Below are positions 42,101-54,700 of a DNA stretch of 64,000 bases, piece by piece (the first letter of the stretch is position 1; the number at the start of each line of letters is the position of its first letter). The notes beneath the pieces are model-generated. The model did no database searches. It saw only the letters and a program-made list of their open reading frames with translations, and was not told the origin of the DNA. The position numbers and the translations under genes are program-made. The stretch comes from Burkholderiales bacterium (lineage in GTDB: Bacteria; Pseudomonadota; Gammaproteobacteria; Burkholderiales; Methylophilaceae): contig JBBQLN010000010.1 of the NCBI GenBank assembly GCA_038327905.1, forward strand, positions 11 through 64,010, given 5' to 3'.

Positions 42101-42291
42101 ATGCAGACAGCGCCGCTGTAGTATTTGGCAAACGCCTTTCTTCAAGACTCTATCTCAGCTACCAAAAAAGCATCAGCGGACTTTTAGACGTCGCCAGACT
42201 CACCTATAACATGACATCGCGCTGGTCGCTGCGCGGACAGGCTGGCACAGAAAGCGCCGTGGATGTGCTGTATACTTTTAGCTTCAAATAA
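39124..42291 (+). CDS. tamB: Translocation and assembly module protein TamB (DUF490 C-terminus)
   Basis: 1055 aa. N-terminal signal anchor, a long beta-rich repetitive body and a conserved C-terminal region (..LSWLVLG.., ..RLSSRLYLSYQKSI..). The ATG overlaps the tamA stop (TGATG). Confidence 0.8.
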   Translation: MMQRYFSMRYLMLIVMSLTLLISSAHSAMSINANTSLDTFSYDLDNIHLKLEKLEANWQLSPLNGGKLMVDKMRARRLIITVGDGTAKAKDSGLPEHIKPPFPIQINQAEISEILVIKNGETQTYKNLKINLEADAKTIKINTLDLSTPWGEASTTLQMSTAKPFMLNGLTSLKKTDASTPYDVKVALSGDLHSLGFNSNLALVKDNKQLAILQSQQANTSPVALLNIKGQLVLSDDYPLSANITIDELKPENIGSYPAAKLNVDIAVKGKLLPTLSTSIQFAARDSQWQNQTLLSKGNITIEGKKIQNIDLQASIANNTIQANGSLGQADSELNWQIDLADLKKFGAEYSGQANVSGTMTGAFDNLALQLKLLANNLKLAGGLKVDKLEGQASIMADENGQVKGEFTASNLQYGKHPVMNSNLTLQGSRAQHQLNLTAQGKAFKFASTLQGGLIAATNRWQGVLQNLNLEGTSPVKLAAPAPLIVDTQGASLAQAHLQLNKGNLLIDFIKYDAKGFETAGHAEQLTLDDLPAELFILPSTLQGSPTFSAKWDIKATDSLNGNLNLWRDSGDFMMTTADGSKKPLGLQEAKFDAKFVNNQAEISTSLKGQNIGFLEANLSTMLTKVNAGFALLGSAPLTLNGKAQLQTLAWLPMPTSLMDASFDGLLNMTVSANGTLAAPNLNGNLDGKNLQFSLPTEGVAFTNGEVQASFEHDKLLITKASWQGGDGKLQTTGSLLLNEGKPQVDLDWSAQNFTAISRADRLLTLNGTGKTTLANGLLMISGNFNVAKGLVELSDEDTPVLGDDVVIIGQTDSTPEPALKILLNGLRISLGKEFTLRGRGLDAQLTGALTLTGLTQYQPHTEGVIEVKDGSFSAYGQKLIIDRGIINFNGTVENPALNIRAMRNSTPVNAGIEVTGTALIPITKLVSDPTVADSEKLSWLVLGHGLDQTSKGDYGLLSLAAGVLLSQGQSVPLQTQLARAAGLDEFSFSGGDADSAAVVFGKRLSSRLYLSYQKSISGLLDVARLTYNMTSRWSLRGQAGTESAVDVLYTFSFK

Positions 42292-42308
42292 TATTGGGGG
42301 TCTATGTA

Positions 42309-43717
<1,409 letters not shown>

Positions 43718-43776
43718 TTATTTGTCTTATAACCTGTCTCAGTGAATTGTCTTAGAAATTATTTGAAAGTAAAACA

Positions 43777-44502
43777 ATGAGTTTAGCTAAAGAAGCATTA
43801 CAGTTTTTGCGCAGTACACGCAGCGGTGTTCTTTCTACTTTTTCTACAAAGTTCGCTGGCTATCCATTTGGTTCAGTGGCGCCATTTGTGTTGGACCATA
43901 GTGGTCAACCTGTTATTTTAATCAGCACCATTGCTGAACACACCCATAACATCATCGCCAATCCAAAAGTATCATTACTCGTATTTGCTGGCGATGAAGA
44001 TTTACAAGCTAGCGGACGCCTCACGTTGATGGGTGAAGCAAAACAAATAGATAAAGAAGATGCTGATTTGCGTACACGCTATTTGCGGTATCTGCCACAA
44101 GCAGAAAGCTATTTCGACATGCATGACTTTAGTTTTTACCGTATCGAAATCGCACAAGCACGTTATATTGCTGGCTTTGGTAAAATGGGCTGGATTTCGC
44201 GAGATGCCATGCTATCTGCGGAACTTACAGATAGCTCGCCACTTGCTGCACAAGAAACCGCCATTATCGAACACATGAATGCAGACCACGTGCATAGCTT
44301 AATTGCCTACAGCCAACATTTTCATCATGTAAGCGCAACGCATGCGGAAATGTTAGGCATCGATGCAGATGGTTTTGATGCAAAAGTGACTATTGCAGAT
44401 GGAAAAACTCAGATACTCAGGTTCAACTTTGAGCAGCCCATTCAAGATGCTCAATCTGCCAGAATGGCACTAGTTAGCATGTCGAAAGCTGCAAAAGCAT
44501 GA
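43777..44502 (+). CDS. PNPOx-like FMN-binding split-barrel protein with DUF2470 (HugZ/heme-utilisation-like)
   Basis: 241 aa. N-terminal ..SGVLSTFS..GYPFGSVAPFVLD.. split-barrel pattern and C-terminal ..IIEHMNADH.. (DUF2470-like). Confidence 0.6.
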   Translation: MSLAKEALQFLRSTRSGVLSTFSTKFAGYPFGSVAPFVLDHSGQPVILISTIAEHTHNIIANPKVSLLVFAGDEDLQASGRLTLMGEAKQIDKEDADLRTRYLRYLPQAESYFDMHDFSFYRIEIAQARYIAGFGKMGWISRDAMLSAELTDSSPLAAQETAIIEHMNADHVHSLIAYSQHFHHVSATHAEMLGIDADGFDAKVTIADGKTQILRFNFEQPIQDAQSARMALVSMSKAAKA

Positions 44503-44867
44503 TGCAAAAACTTGATATTCGAAAGCCGAGCATTCAACAGTTGCAACTGGGCGCTAGCATCAGCTTAATCGCGCTCATCATGCTTTGTTTGGCATGGGAA
44601 ACTGTTCTCGCGCCTTTTAAACCAGGTGGCTCATTACTCATACTCAAAACGCTACCATTGTTACTGCCTTTATTTGGCATTTTGAATGGCAAGCGCTACA
44701 CCTACAAATGGGCCAGTATGTTTATTTTGTTGTACTTTACGGAAGGTGTGGTGCGCGCTTGGTCAGACGTCGGACTTTCTGCCAAGTTAGCGCTGCTAGA
44801 AGTGTTGCTCACAGTGATATTTTTTGGATGTGCTATTTATTATGCAAAGTTTACACGTGCAAAATAG
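44499..44867 (+). CDS. Small membrane protein (DUF2069-like)
   Basis: 122 aa with four hydrophobic helices. ATGA overlap with the upstream gene. Family recalled from conserved wrbA neighbourhoods. Confidence 0.5.
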   Translation: MMQKLDIRKPSIQQLQLGASISLIALIMLCLAWETVLAPFKPGGSLLILKTLPLLLPLFGILNGKRYTYKWASMFILLYFTEGVVRAWSDVGLSAKLALLEVLLTVIFFGCAIYYAKFTRAK

Positions 44868-44878
44868 GACAAATCAAA

Positions 44879-46243
44879 TTACTTTGGAAACAACTTACCC
44901 GGATTTAAAATATTATTTGGGTCAAACGTTAACTTAACTGCCTTCATTAAGTTAATGGTTGTTTCATCAATCTCGCGCGAAATAAATGGACGTTTTGCCA
45001 TGCCTACACCATGCTCGCCAGACAACGTGCCTTGTAACGAAAGCACTAAGCTAAACACTTCATCTAAGCATTCATAAGCACGCTTCATTTCATCGGCATT
45101 GTCAGGATTTACCAATAAATTTACATGAATATTGCCGTTGCCTGCATGCCCAAAATTTACGTTCGAAATTTTGTATTGCGCGGCCAATTTCTCTAAACCT
45201 GTTAACAATTCAGGCAAATGCGACACGGGTACGGCAATATCTTCGTTGATTTTCTTAGGCGCAATGTCTTTAAGCAATGGCGACAAAGCCTTGCGTGCTG
45301 CCCATAAAGCTTTGGTATCTTCTGCGGGCTTTGCCTCAATCAAGCCATCCACTTGGCAAGCTTGCAAGATTGCCTCTGTGGCTTCAATAATCTCTTGCTG
45401 GGCGCCATCGACTTCTATCATCAAGTAAGCACGCGCATTTTCTGGCAACAAGTTTTTATGACGTCCACGAATTAAATTCAATGCGCCGTTATCTAAAAAC
45501 TCCAAAGCACTTGGTGTATAAGGTTGCGCCATAATCGCGGCAATCGCGCGCGCGCAACTGGCTGTATCGGCAAACTCGGCGGTAATGCCGCCCGTATGTT
45601 TTGGCAAAGGTGTGAGCTTGAGTGTTGCTTCGACAATTACAGCCAACGTGCCTTCTGAGCCAACCAACAGTCGAGTTAAGTCGTAACCAACTACACCTTT
45701 GCTGGTGTAGCAACCCGTTTTTATAATATCGCCATTGCCGGTCACCGCTTTTAAACCAAGTACATGGTCACGCGCAACACCATACTTCACGGCATGCGGC
45801 CCAGCGGCACAAGTCGCGAGATTACCGCCGATACTACAATAAGCCGCACTCGATGGATCTGGCGGCCAAAAGAAACCAACGCCTTTAATGGCATCTTGTA
45901 ACTCTTGATTCAGCACCCCTGGCTCAATAATCGCCATACGGTTATCTGGGTCTACACTAATAATTTTATTCATGCGCTCTAAAGACAACGCCACGCCACC
46001 CGCTTCTGGCACGCTTCCACCCGCGGTACCTGTGCCGCGACCACGCGGCACTACTGGCACTTGATGCGCATTGCAAAGCTTAATTACAGCTTGTACTTCT
46101 TCGGCATTCAGCGGGAAAACTACTGCGATAGGTGCATGAAAGATACGCGAATTATCATAAGCATAGGCGTAGCAGTCAACGGGGTCGGTGAAAACTCTAT
46201 CTTGTGGCAGGAGTTGTGAAAGTAAGGAAATAAATGTTTGCAT
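44879..46243 (-). CDS. FAD-linked oxidase (GlcD / D-2-hydroxyacid dehydrogenase family)
   Basis: 454 aa. FAD-binding PCMH-type domain (..PVVPRGRGTGTAGGSVP..) and a C-terminal GTLSGEHGVG motif. No glcE/glcF nearby. Confidence 0.8.
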   Translation of the reverse strand: MQTFISLLSQLLPQDRVFTDPVDCYAYAYDNSRIFHAPIAVVFPLNAEEVQAVIKLCNAHQVPVVPRGRGTGTAGGSVPEAGGVALSLERMNKIISVDPDNRMAIIEPGVLNQELQDAIKGVGFFWPPDPSSAAYCSIGGNLATCAAGPHAVKYGVARDHVLGLKAVTGNGDIIKTGCYTSKGVVGYDLTRLLVGSEGTLAVIVEATLKLTPLPKHTGGITAEFADTASCARAIAAIMAQPYTPSALEFLDNGALNLIRGRHKNLLPENARAYLMIEVDGAQQEIIEATEAILQACQVDGLIEAKPAEDTKALWAARKALSPLLKDIAPKKINEDIAVPVSHLPELLTGLEKLAAQYKISNVNFGHAGNGNIHVNLLVNPDNADEMKRAYECLDEVFSLVLSLQGTLSGEHGVGMAKRPFISREIDETTINLMKAVKLTFDPNNILNPGKLFPK

Positions 46244-46536
46244 TAGTTTTTAAGCATCCTCTTTATGCGGGTTGGCTTCGCTCTGCAATCTAGTATATGC
46301 CACACAATCACGCTCTCAGCTTCAGTTTTGTAATAGATTGCATAAGGAAATATTTTTGAGAGCGCACGATAAAATCCAAAAATCTGCGAATGAACACCTG
46401 CGTAAACAATCAGTGAGTCAATGTCGGCAAATATTGCATCTTGAAAATAAACCCCTAAACCCTTTTGCTGCTGCTCATAAAACATTTGAGCCTATGCTAT
46501 ATCAGCAAAAGCGGTGCTTAATAGCTGAATTTTCAT
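46243..46536 (-). pseudogene. ParE/RelE-family toxin gene interrupted by an in-frame amber codon
   Basis: The ATG at 46536 overlaps the antitoxin stop (ATGA). The frame reads MKIQLLSTAFADIA-TAG(46494-46492)-AQ-MFYEQQQKGLGVYF..FPYAIYYKTE..VIVWHILDCRAKP. The 80-aa ORF in the track is only the part after the stop. Confidence 0.7.
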
Positions 46537-46742
46537 TTAAGTTGATTGCGCAATAGTTGCTTAGCTTTTTCCCAATCTAAGGTTTCAATTTCACCGTTGG
46601 TGACACGCTGTTGCGTTTCCCTTAAGACATCTTCATGCCAAGCTGGCGATTGAAACGGCTCTATATCGTGCGTTAAATCATCCCAAAGCGCATCCATCAT
46701 GCGCAACTTCTCAGCTCTCGTTAAATCGCTTAAAGATTGCAT
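46533..46742 (-). CDS. Addiction-module antitoxin (TIGR02574 / Unstab_antitox-like)
   Basis: 69 aa. LTRAEKLRMMDALWDDL..WHEDVLRET..R matches the recalled 'putative addiction module component' pattern. Directly upstream of and overlapping the ParE-like frame. Confidence 0.7.
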   Translation of the reverse strand: MQSLSDLTRAEKLRMMDALWDDLTHDIEPFQSPAWHEDVLRETQQRVTNGEIETLDWEKAKQLLRNQLK

Positions 46743-46793
46743 AGTGTTATATCCTATTCAACTTAATTCAGTAAAATCTAGACTCAGTAAATC

Positions 46794-48587
46794 CTAGCGC
46801 TTTTTGATGTAGAGGTCAGTGATAGTACCCTCCTTCATCTCGGCTGCAAAACATATAGTTTCAGACAATGTTGGATGTGCATGAATGGTTAATCCTAAAT
46901 CATGAGCATCTGCGCCCATTTCAATGGCCAACACGGCTTCGGCTAGTAACTCACCTGCATTAACACCCACAATGCCCGCACCAATCACGCGATGTGTATT
47001 TTTATCAAAAATCAACTTGGTCAACCCTTCTGTACGTGCCACTGATATTGCACGACCACTAGCCGCCCAAGGGAATGAGGCTTTTTCAATCTCAAGGCCT
47101 TTGGCCTTAGCTTCTATTTCTGTCACGCCAACCCAAGCCACTTCAGGATCTGTGTATGCGACGGATGGAATGACTGAAGCAACAAACTCTACTTTTTCAC
47201 CAGCAATCACTTCTGCAGCAACTTTAGCTTCATGCGTCGCTTTATGTGCCAACATTGGTTGACCGACAATATCACCAATTGCAAAAATGTGCGGCACATT
47301 CGTGCGCATTTGTTTATCTACCGCGATAAAACCGTAATCATCGACAGCCACACCTGCGTTTTCTGCACCAATATTTTTACCATTTGGACGGCGGCCGATA
47401 GACACCAATACGCGGTCATATACTTCAACGCCTTTGGGTGCATCAGCGTTACCGTTTACGCCTTCAAACACCACGTGAATACCATCTTTTTTAGGTTCAA
47501 TACTTGCCACTTTGGTATTGAGCATAATACTTTCAAAACGTTTTTCCATACGTTTTTGCAATGGGCGCACCAAATCACGGTCGCAACCTTGAATTAAGCC
47601 GTCAGTAAATTCAACCACGCTGACTTTAGAGCCTAGCGCATCATAAACAGTACCCATTTCCAAGCCAATAATACCGCCGCCAATTACTAACATGCGCTTA
47701 GGTATATCAGCCAACGCTAATGCGCCTGTGGAGTCCATAATGCGCTCGTCATTAGCAAATTCTGGGGCAACATTAGGGAATTTAGTCGCTTGTGAGCCTG
47801 CTGCAATAATTGCATTATCAAATGATATAGTGGTCACTTTGCCATCAGCAGCGGTCACAGCGATTTGATTAGGGCTGGTAAATTTACCCACACCTTGCAA
47901 TATAGTCACATTACGCTGCTTAGCCATCGCTGCTAAACCACCTGTCAATTTGCCAACGACGTCATTGGCTTTCCAATTTCGCAATCGCTCTAAATCTACT
48001 TTTGGCGCGCCAAAAGTCACACCATGATGCGCGGTTTCTTCAGCTTCAGTAATCACTTTTGCAGTGTGCAACAAAGCTTTTGAAGGAATACATCCGACGT
48101 TTAGACAAACTCCACCAAGTGTTGAGTAACGCTCAATTAGCACCACTTTTTTTCCTAAATCTGCAGCGCGGAAAGCCGCAGTATAGCCGCCAGGGCCAGA
48201 ACCTAAAACAACAACTTCGGTATGCAAATCTGCAGCCCCAACATTAGCAATTGCCGCTACTGCTGCAATAGCTGGCTTTACTTCAACAGCAGCAGTTTCA
48301 GCAGCTACTTCTTGCTTAGTTGGCGCTTCTGCGGCCGTGTCTGCAACCGCGGCCTCAACCATTAAAATCAAGCTATCTTTAGCGACTTTATCACCCACTT
48401 TTACCTTGAGTTCTTTTACTGTACCTGCCACTGCTGATGGAATTTCCATTGAGGCCTTGTCTGACTCCACCGTGATTAATGAGTCTTCCATGGCAATGAC
48501 ATCACCTACTTTTACTAATACTTCGATGACATCAACGCTATCAAAATTGCCAATATCAGGTACCAAAACTTCCAATAAATTACTCAT
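46794..48587 (-). CDS. lpdA: Dihydrolipoyl dehydrogenase (E3) with N-terminal lipoyl domain
   Basis: 597 aa. Lipoyl domain with ..[11 protein letters not shown].., an Ala-rich linker, FAD fold [10 protein letters not shown] and the redox disulfide [13 protein letters not shown]. Confidence 0.92.
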   Translation of the reverse strand: MSNLLEVLVPDIGNFDSVDVIEVLVKVGDVIAMEDSLITVESDKASMEIPSAVAGTVKELKVKVGDKVAKDSLILMVEAAVADTAAEAPTKQEVAAETAAVEVKPAIAAVAAIANVGAADLHTEVVVLGSGPGGYTAAFRAADLGKKVVLIERYSTLGGVCLNVGCIPSKALLHTAKVITEAEETAHHGVTFGAPKVDLERLRNWKANDVVGKLTGGLAAMAKQRNVTILQGVGKFTSPNQIAVTAADGKVTTISFDNAIIAAGSQATKFPNVAPEFANDERIMDSTGALALADIPKRMLVIGGGIIGLEMGTVYDALGSKVSVVEFTDGLIQGCDRDLVRPLQKRMEKRFESIMLNTKVASIEPKKDGIHVVFEGVNGNADAPKGVEVYDRVLVSIGRRPNGKNIGAENAGVAVDDYGFIAVDKQMRTNVPHIFAIGDIVGQPMLAHKATHEAKVAAEVIAGEKVEFVASVIPSVAYTDPEVAWVGVTEIEAKAKGLEIEKASFPWAASGRAISVARTEGLTKLIFDKNTHRVIGAGIVGVNAGELLAEAVLAIEMGADAHDLGLTIHAHPTLSETICFAAEMKEGTITDLYIKKR

Positions 48588-48754
48588 GTCGACCCTTTGT
48601 TAAAACCATAGTTATTTATTGTGATTTTATCATCAAAAAGCGCATAAATACCTTCAAAATAGTTGAATCAGTAGTATGATTTATGCATTAAAAATTTAAG
48701 CCTGTTACTGACAGGGTTTTACAAAAAAGTGCTTTTCAGAAAAAAGGGTAGTTC

Positions 48755-51700
48755 ATGTCTTTCGTCCGTTCAGGTTTGCAGTTTGTTCAAATGGTATTAG
48801 CGCGATTATGGTCACTTGCTAGTACGATACTCGGCTTTTTCTTTGGCTCTGTGAACTATCAAGCACCTGCGTGGATGAAGTGGTGCGGGGACAAACTAAA
48901 TAACCTGCGCTTATCGATGATTCAAAAGCCAATTAAAGGCTTAGGCATACTTGCTTTAGTTGCTGCACTTGGCGCTGGGGGCTGGCATGGCTGGGAATGG
49001 TACAAAGCTAGACCGCAACCAGTCACTGTAAAAGTCACTGTAACCGTTCCAACTAGAACACAAATCGAAGATAATTTACCGCCAAACCCACTCAAAATAA
49101 GCTTTGATGCATCAGTAGCGCCCATTGAGCAAGTGGGGAAAGTGATCTCGGCTAATGTTAATATCATGCCGAAAATTGATGGCGTATGGAAATGGGATGC
49201 TGAAAACGAATTGTCATTTCAGCCAAAAGCTGACTGGCCTGTGGGCACTGACTTCAAAGTTAGTCTGAATGCCAAAGCATTGACACCTAAGACACTGCTA
49301 GACAAGTGGGATGTAGAATTCACCTCGCCATTATTTATTGCAGCCATTACTAACAGCGAGTTTTATCAAGATCCAATTAACGCCGCAATGAAAAAAGTGG
49401 TAGTTAACCTTAACTTTAGTCACCCAGTTGATACAGCAAAACTAGAAAAAAGTATTACGCTAAAAATGCGTAGTAACAAAACTAGCTTACTTAATTTTGG
49501 CTCAGACACGATACCCTTTGTTGTAAGTTACGATAAATTAAAACTCAACGCTTACATCCACTCTGCACCGCTAGACATTCCAAAGGATGACAGCATATTA
49601 GAAGTGACGGTAGATGAAGGCTTAAAAGCTGCAACTGGCGGCAAACCATTTGCAACGTCTTTAACACAAAGCGTGAATGTGCCTGGCTTATATAGCTTGT
49701 TGATAAATGAAGTTAGCCCGATTGTAGTTTCTAATGAGCAAAATGAGCCTGAGCAAATCCTATTGCTTAACGCTTCAGCTGCAGTCAATGAAAAAGACAT
49801 GGCGAGCCATATTAAAGCATGGGTATTGCCACGCAATAAATTGGTCAGTACGCCAGAAGAGTTAAAATATCCACACGCATGGTCTAATACAAAAGACATT
49901 ACTGAAGCTGTTCTTGCTGCTGGCAAGCCGCTTTCACTAGAAGCCATTCCAGCTGAACGTGAAAATATAGAAACACACTCGTTTAAATATAAAGCGGATG
50001 TTGGCAGCTATATTTATGTGCAAATTGACAAAGGCTTAAAATCTTTTGGCGGTTATCAATTAGGCGCAACAACACAACGTATTTTACAAGTACCAGTATT
50101 TCCTGCAGAAGTTAAAATTCTCAGCCAAGGTTCATTGCTGGCTTTAAGTGGTGAACGCAAAGTGGCGGTATTAGCGCGCGATTTACCAGGTTTAAAAATG
50201 GAAATTGGGCGTATTCTGCCAGGTCAGTTGCAACATCTTATTACGCAAACCAGTGGCAGCTTTAGCAATCCATCATTCTATTACTCTATTGATGGTGATA
50301 ATTTGAGTGAACGTTTTGAGAAAAACATTCCCTTGCATTTAGAGGCGGGGGAAGCGCATTACGAAGCACTAGATTTGAGTGAATACTTAAGCAAAACTGA
50401 GGGCTTAGATAAAAATCAAAACAAACGCGGTGTTTTCTTGCTTACAGTGCGCGGTTACAAACCTAAGAAAGAAGCCAATGCTGACGGTAGCGAGCAGACT
50501 GATGATGGCAGTGATTACAACCCATCAGAAAACCAAAATCCAGAAGCATTTGTTGATAAACGTCTAATCCTTGTCACCGATTTAGGCTTAATCGCCAAAA
50601 AAGAACTCGATGGCAGCCAAGTGGTTTATGTACAGTCTATTCATACAGGTTTGCCAGTGGCTGGCGCTACGGTTGAGGTGATTGCAAAAAATGGTCAAGC
50701 CATCTTCAGTCAAACAACGGATGCCAATGGACGTGTTAACTTTACCAAGCTAGATGGCTTACAGCGTGAACGCTCACCTATTTTATATATCGTGAAAAAA
50801 GCGGGTGATTTAAGCTTCCTGCCGATTAATCACTATGACAGAAACCTAGACTATTCACGCTTTGACGTAGGTGGCATTGCCAATGCGGCCAGTTCAGATA
50901 GCTTAAATGCTTATCTATTCTCAGACCGTGGCATTTATCGCCCTGGCGATACCATGCATATCGGTATGATAGTCAAAACTGCTACTTGGGCTAAAGCATT
51001 AGACGGCTTACCGTTGCAAGCGGAAGTGCTTGATGCGCGTGGCCTAGTGGTAAAAACTCAAATGGTTAAGCTGGGTGCAGGCGGCTTTAATGAGCTGGAA
51101 TATAAAACTTTAGAAACCTCGCCTACTGGTACTTACAATATTAATCTTTACTCAGTTAAAGATGGCAATGCTTACCAGCAATTAGGCTCTGTCAGTGTAA
51201 AAGTGCAGGAGTTTCAGCCTGATCGCATGAAGGTAAAAGCCTTGTTTGCAAAAGATGCAACGCTTTACCCTGAAACCACTGAGGGCTGGCTAAATCCTAA
51301 AGATTTAAAAGCCAACATCAATGTGCAAAATCTGTTTGGCACACCCGCTGAAAATAGACGCGTGACAGCCAAAATGATGCTCAGCCCAGCATATCCAGCA
51401 TTTAGCCAATATGCAGACTTTGCATTCTACGACCCCTTACGCGCAAAAGAAGGCTATAGCGAGAAATTGAGCGATGCTACCAGTAACGCGCAAGGCGTGG
51501 CTGAGTTTGCCTTAGGTTTAGAAAAGTACACCAAAGCGACTTACAGACTCAACATTGTCGCTCAAGCCTATGAAGCTGGCGGCGGACGCAGTGTTTCCGC
51601 AGAAGTTGCAACGCTGATTTCAGAACAACCTTATTTGATAGGTTTTAAAGCCGATGGCGATTTAAATTACGTCAGCAAAGCTAGCAAACGTAACGTTAAT

Positions 51701-54700
51701 CTGATTGCAGTCAATTCAACCCTGCAAAAAGTAGCCGCCGAAGACTTGAGCTTGAATCTGATTGAGCGCAAATACGTTTCTGTGTTGACCAAACAAGGTA
51801 GCGGCACATTTAAATATGAATCGCGCAAAAAAGAAGTGCTCATCAAAGAGTCGCCTTATAGCATCAAAGCTACAGGCAACAGCCTAGCGCTTGCCTCAGA
51901 AACACCGGGTGATTTTGCTTACGTGCTTAAAAACAAAGATGGCTTAGAGCTAAACCGCGTGGAATACAGCGTGGCTGGCTTAGGTAATGTAAGCCGCTCA
52001 CTAGAGCGTAATGCGGAGCTAAAACTAGCACTAGATAAAAAAGACTATGCCGCCGGCCAAGAGATTAGTATCAGCATTCGCGCACCTTATGTGGGCGCTG
52101 GCTTGATTACCATTGAGCGCGATAAAGTGTATGCACAACAATGGTTTAAAGCTGACTCTCAAGCATCTGTGCAAAAAATCAAATTGCCTGCAGACTTTGA
52201 AGGTAACGGCTATGTGAGCGTGCAGTTTGTGCGCGATCCAAGTTCAGATGAAATTTTCACCAGCCCGCTATCATATGGTGTAGTGCCGTTTGTAACGAGC
52301 TTATCGCAGCGCACCAATACGTTGAAACTCAGTAGTCAGCCGCTCATCAAACCTGGCCAAGTGCTGAAGATGAAATTGAATGCAGCTAAACCTGGCCGTG
52401 CTGTGGTATTTGCGGTGGATGAAGGTATCTTACAAGTCGCAAGATATAAAAACCCCGATGCGCTTGGTTTCTTCTTCCAAAAACGACAATTAGAAGTTTC
52501 AACTTCACAAATTTTGGATTTAATCTTACCTGAGTTCAAAAAGATTATGGCTGCAACCGCACCTGGCGGCGATGCTGATGGTGCTTTGGGTAAACACTTA
52601 AATCCATTCAAACGTAAAACTGACAAGCCAGCCGTTTATTGGTCTGGCATTGTCGATGTGACTGATAGCAAAGAATTTAGTTATACAGTGCCAGAAACAT
52701 TCAACGGTAAAATGCGCATTATCGCTGTGATGGTGAGCGATGCCAGCATTGGCATTACCACTAGTGACGCCTTAGTTCGTGGTGACTTTGTACTGTCACC
52801 CAACGCGCCACTCACAGTCACTCCAGGTGATACTTTTGACGTCAGCGTTGGCGTCTCTAACAATGTCAAAGGTTCTGGTAAAGAGGCCGCGGTAACGCTT
52901 AACCTTGCACCTTCACCCGCCTTTGAACTCGTTGGTGCAGCTAAACAAGTGTTAAAAATCGGCGAGTTGCGAGAAGGCACGGGTCTTTACAAGCTTAAAG
53001 TTAAAGAAGGTGCAGCCGCTAAATTAGGCTCCGCTAGAATTGAATTCACCGCAAATATCGGTGATAAGTTTGCAAAACTGGGTACTGAGATTAGTGTGCG
53101 TCCATCCACACCTCACATGACCATTATGCAAACAGGTAGCTTTAAAGGCGACACGCAAGTCAGCGTGAAGCGCACCATGTTTGCAGAGTATCGCAAACAG
53201 CAAGCAAGTGTTTCACCATTGCCTTTAGTGGCCGCTGGCGGTTTGCTTGATTACTTAGCTAACTATGAGCATAGCTGTACTGAGCAATTGGTCAGTCAAG
53301 TCATGCCTATCATCGTACTTAAAAAACGTCCAGAACTCTTGGCGAGTGTCAGCACTAAAAAAAGTAATTTCGAAAACGCCTTAAGCGTATTACGTACACG
53401 CCAAAATGCTGAAGGTGGCTTTGGCTTGTGGGATGCCAGTGTAGGGGCAGACGAGTTCGCCAGCGTTTATGCGGTTCACATGATGCTAGAAGCCCGTGAC
53501 CATGCGAATGTTGGTGAAGAGATCCCTGCTGACATGCTAAAAAAAGGCTTGGAGTATTTGCAAACCTTAGCGGCCAGCCCAGCAACAAACCTAGATGCTG
53601 CTCGTGTGAGGGCTTACGCAACGTACTTGCTGACGCGCGAAGGCACGGTCACCACACCGTTGTTAGCAAGCTTGCGCAGTACGCTAGATGCTAAAACTTT
53701 AACTGACAATAGTTTCAAAGAGTGGCGCTCAGACTTAACTGCGGCTTATCTTGCAGCGAGCTATCAGCTATTGCAGCAGCATGCCGTAGCCAGCGACTTA
53801 ATCACTAAGCCTGTAAAATTGTTGAACGCAAGGAGCCAACAAGCTATCTATGGGCATTATTACGATGATGTGGTGCGAAATGCACAAACGCTTTACTTAG
53901 TGTCACGCCACTTTCCAGAAAAAGTGAAAGAGGTATCAAGCGACGCGTTAAATAACATCATGAAGCCTATTTCGGAAGGTCGCTTCAATACCTTGTCATC
54001 GTCTTATGCGTTACTTGGATTTGATGCTTATGCTAACGTTGCTGGGATAAAAGTCGCAGGTCAAATGGGTATTAGCGCGATAGATAAGCAAGGCAAAGTC
54101 ACAACGCTGAAATTAGCAGAAAACAGTATTGCACCTTCGGCGAACTTTTCACCAGAGACCGCACGTTTGAAGCTACAAGGACCAAGTGGCTTGCCATTAT
54201 TCTACGCAGTCACAGAGTCTGGTTTTGACATAAAACCACCAGCTACTGCATTAAAACAAGGCATGGAAATCATCCGTGAATATACGGACGATAAAGGCGC
54301 TGCGTTAAAATCAATCACCATGGGTGACGAAATCACCGTGCACATCAAAATCCGCGCGATTGACGGTAATGTAGATGACGTGGCGATTGTAGATTTGCTA
54401 CCAGGTGGCTTCGAGCCTGTGTTGCAAGCTGCCGTAAGCGAAACAGATAGCAGCATTTCTCAAGGAGGTGAAGAAGGCTACAATGAAGGTGAAGGCCAAG
54501 CGCCAGAAATTTCCAGCTGGACTAGTCCGCTTGGCATTGGGGGTGGTTGGCAACCAAGCTATGCAGATATTCGTGAAGACCGTGTAGTTTTTTACGGCGC
54601 AGTCACCAACACGATTACAGAGTTCACTTACAAAATCAAGGCCACAAACAGTGGCCAATTTGTAGTGCCGCCAGCTTATGCAGAGTCAATGTATAACCGC

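Noticed and set aside
46243-46485. Treating the 80-aa ORF as an intact short toxin gene.
   Set aside because: The same frame continues upstream through a single TAG to an ATG that overlaps the antitoxin stop, giving a canonical ParE-sized protein of about 97 aa. The 80-aa ORF is the downstream fragment.
48701-48720. Hairpin CCTGT-TACTG-ACAGG followed by GTTTT, upstream of the A2M gene.
   Set aside because: The stem is only 5 bp, and no upstream plus-strand gene exists for it to terminate. It is most likely chance or a minor 5'-UTR feature.
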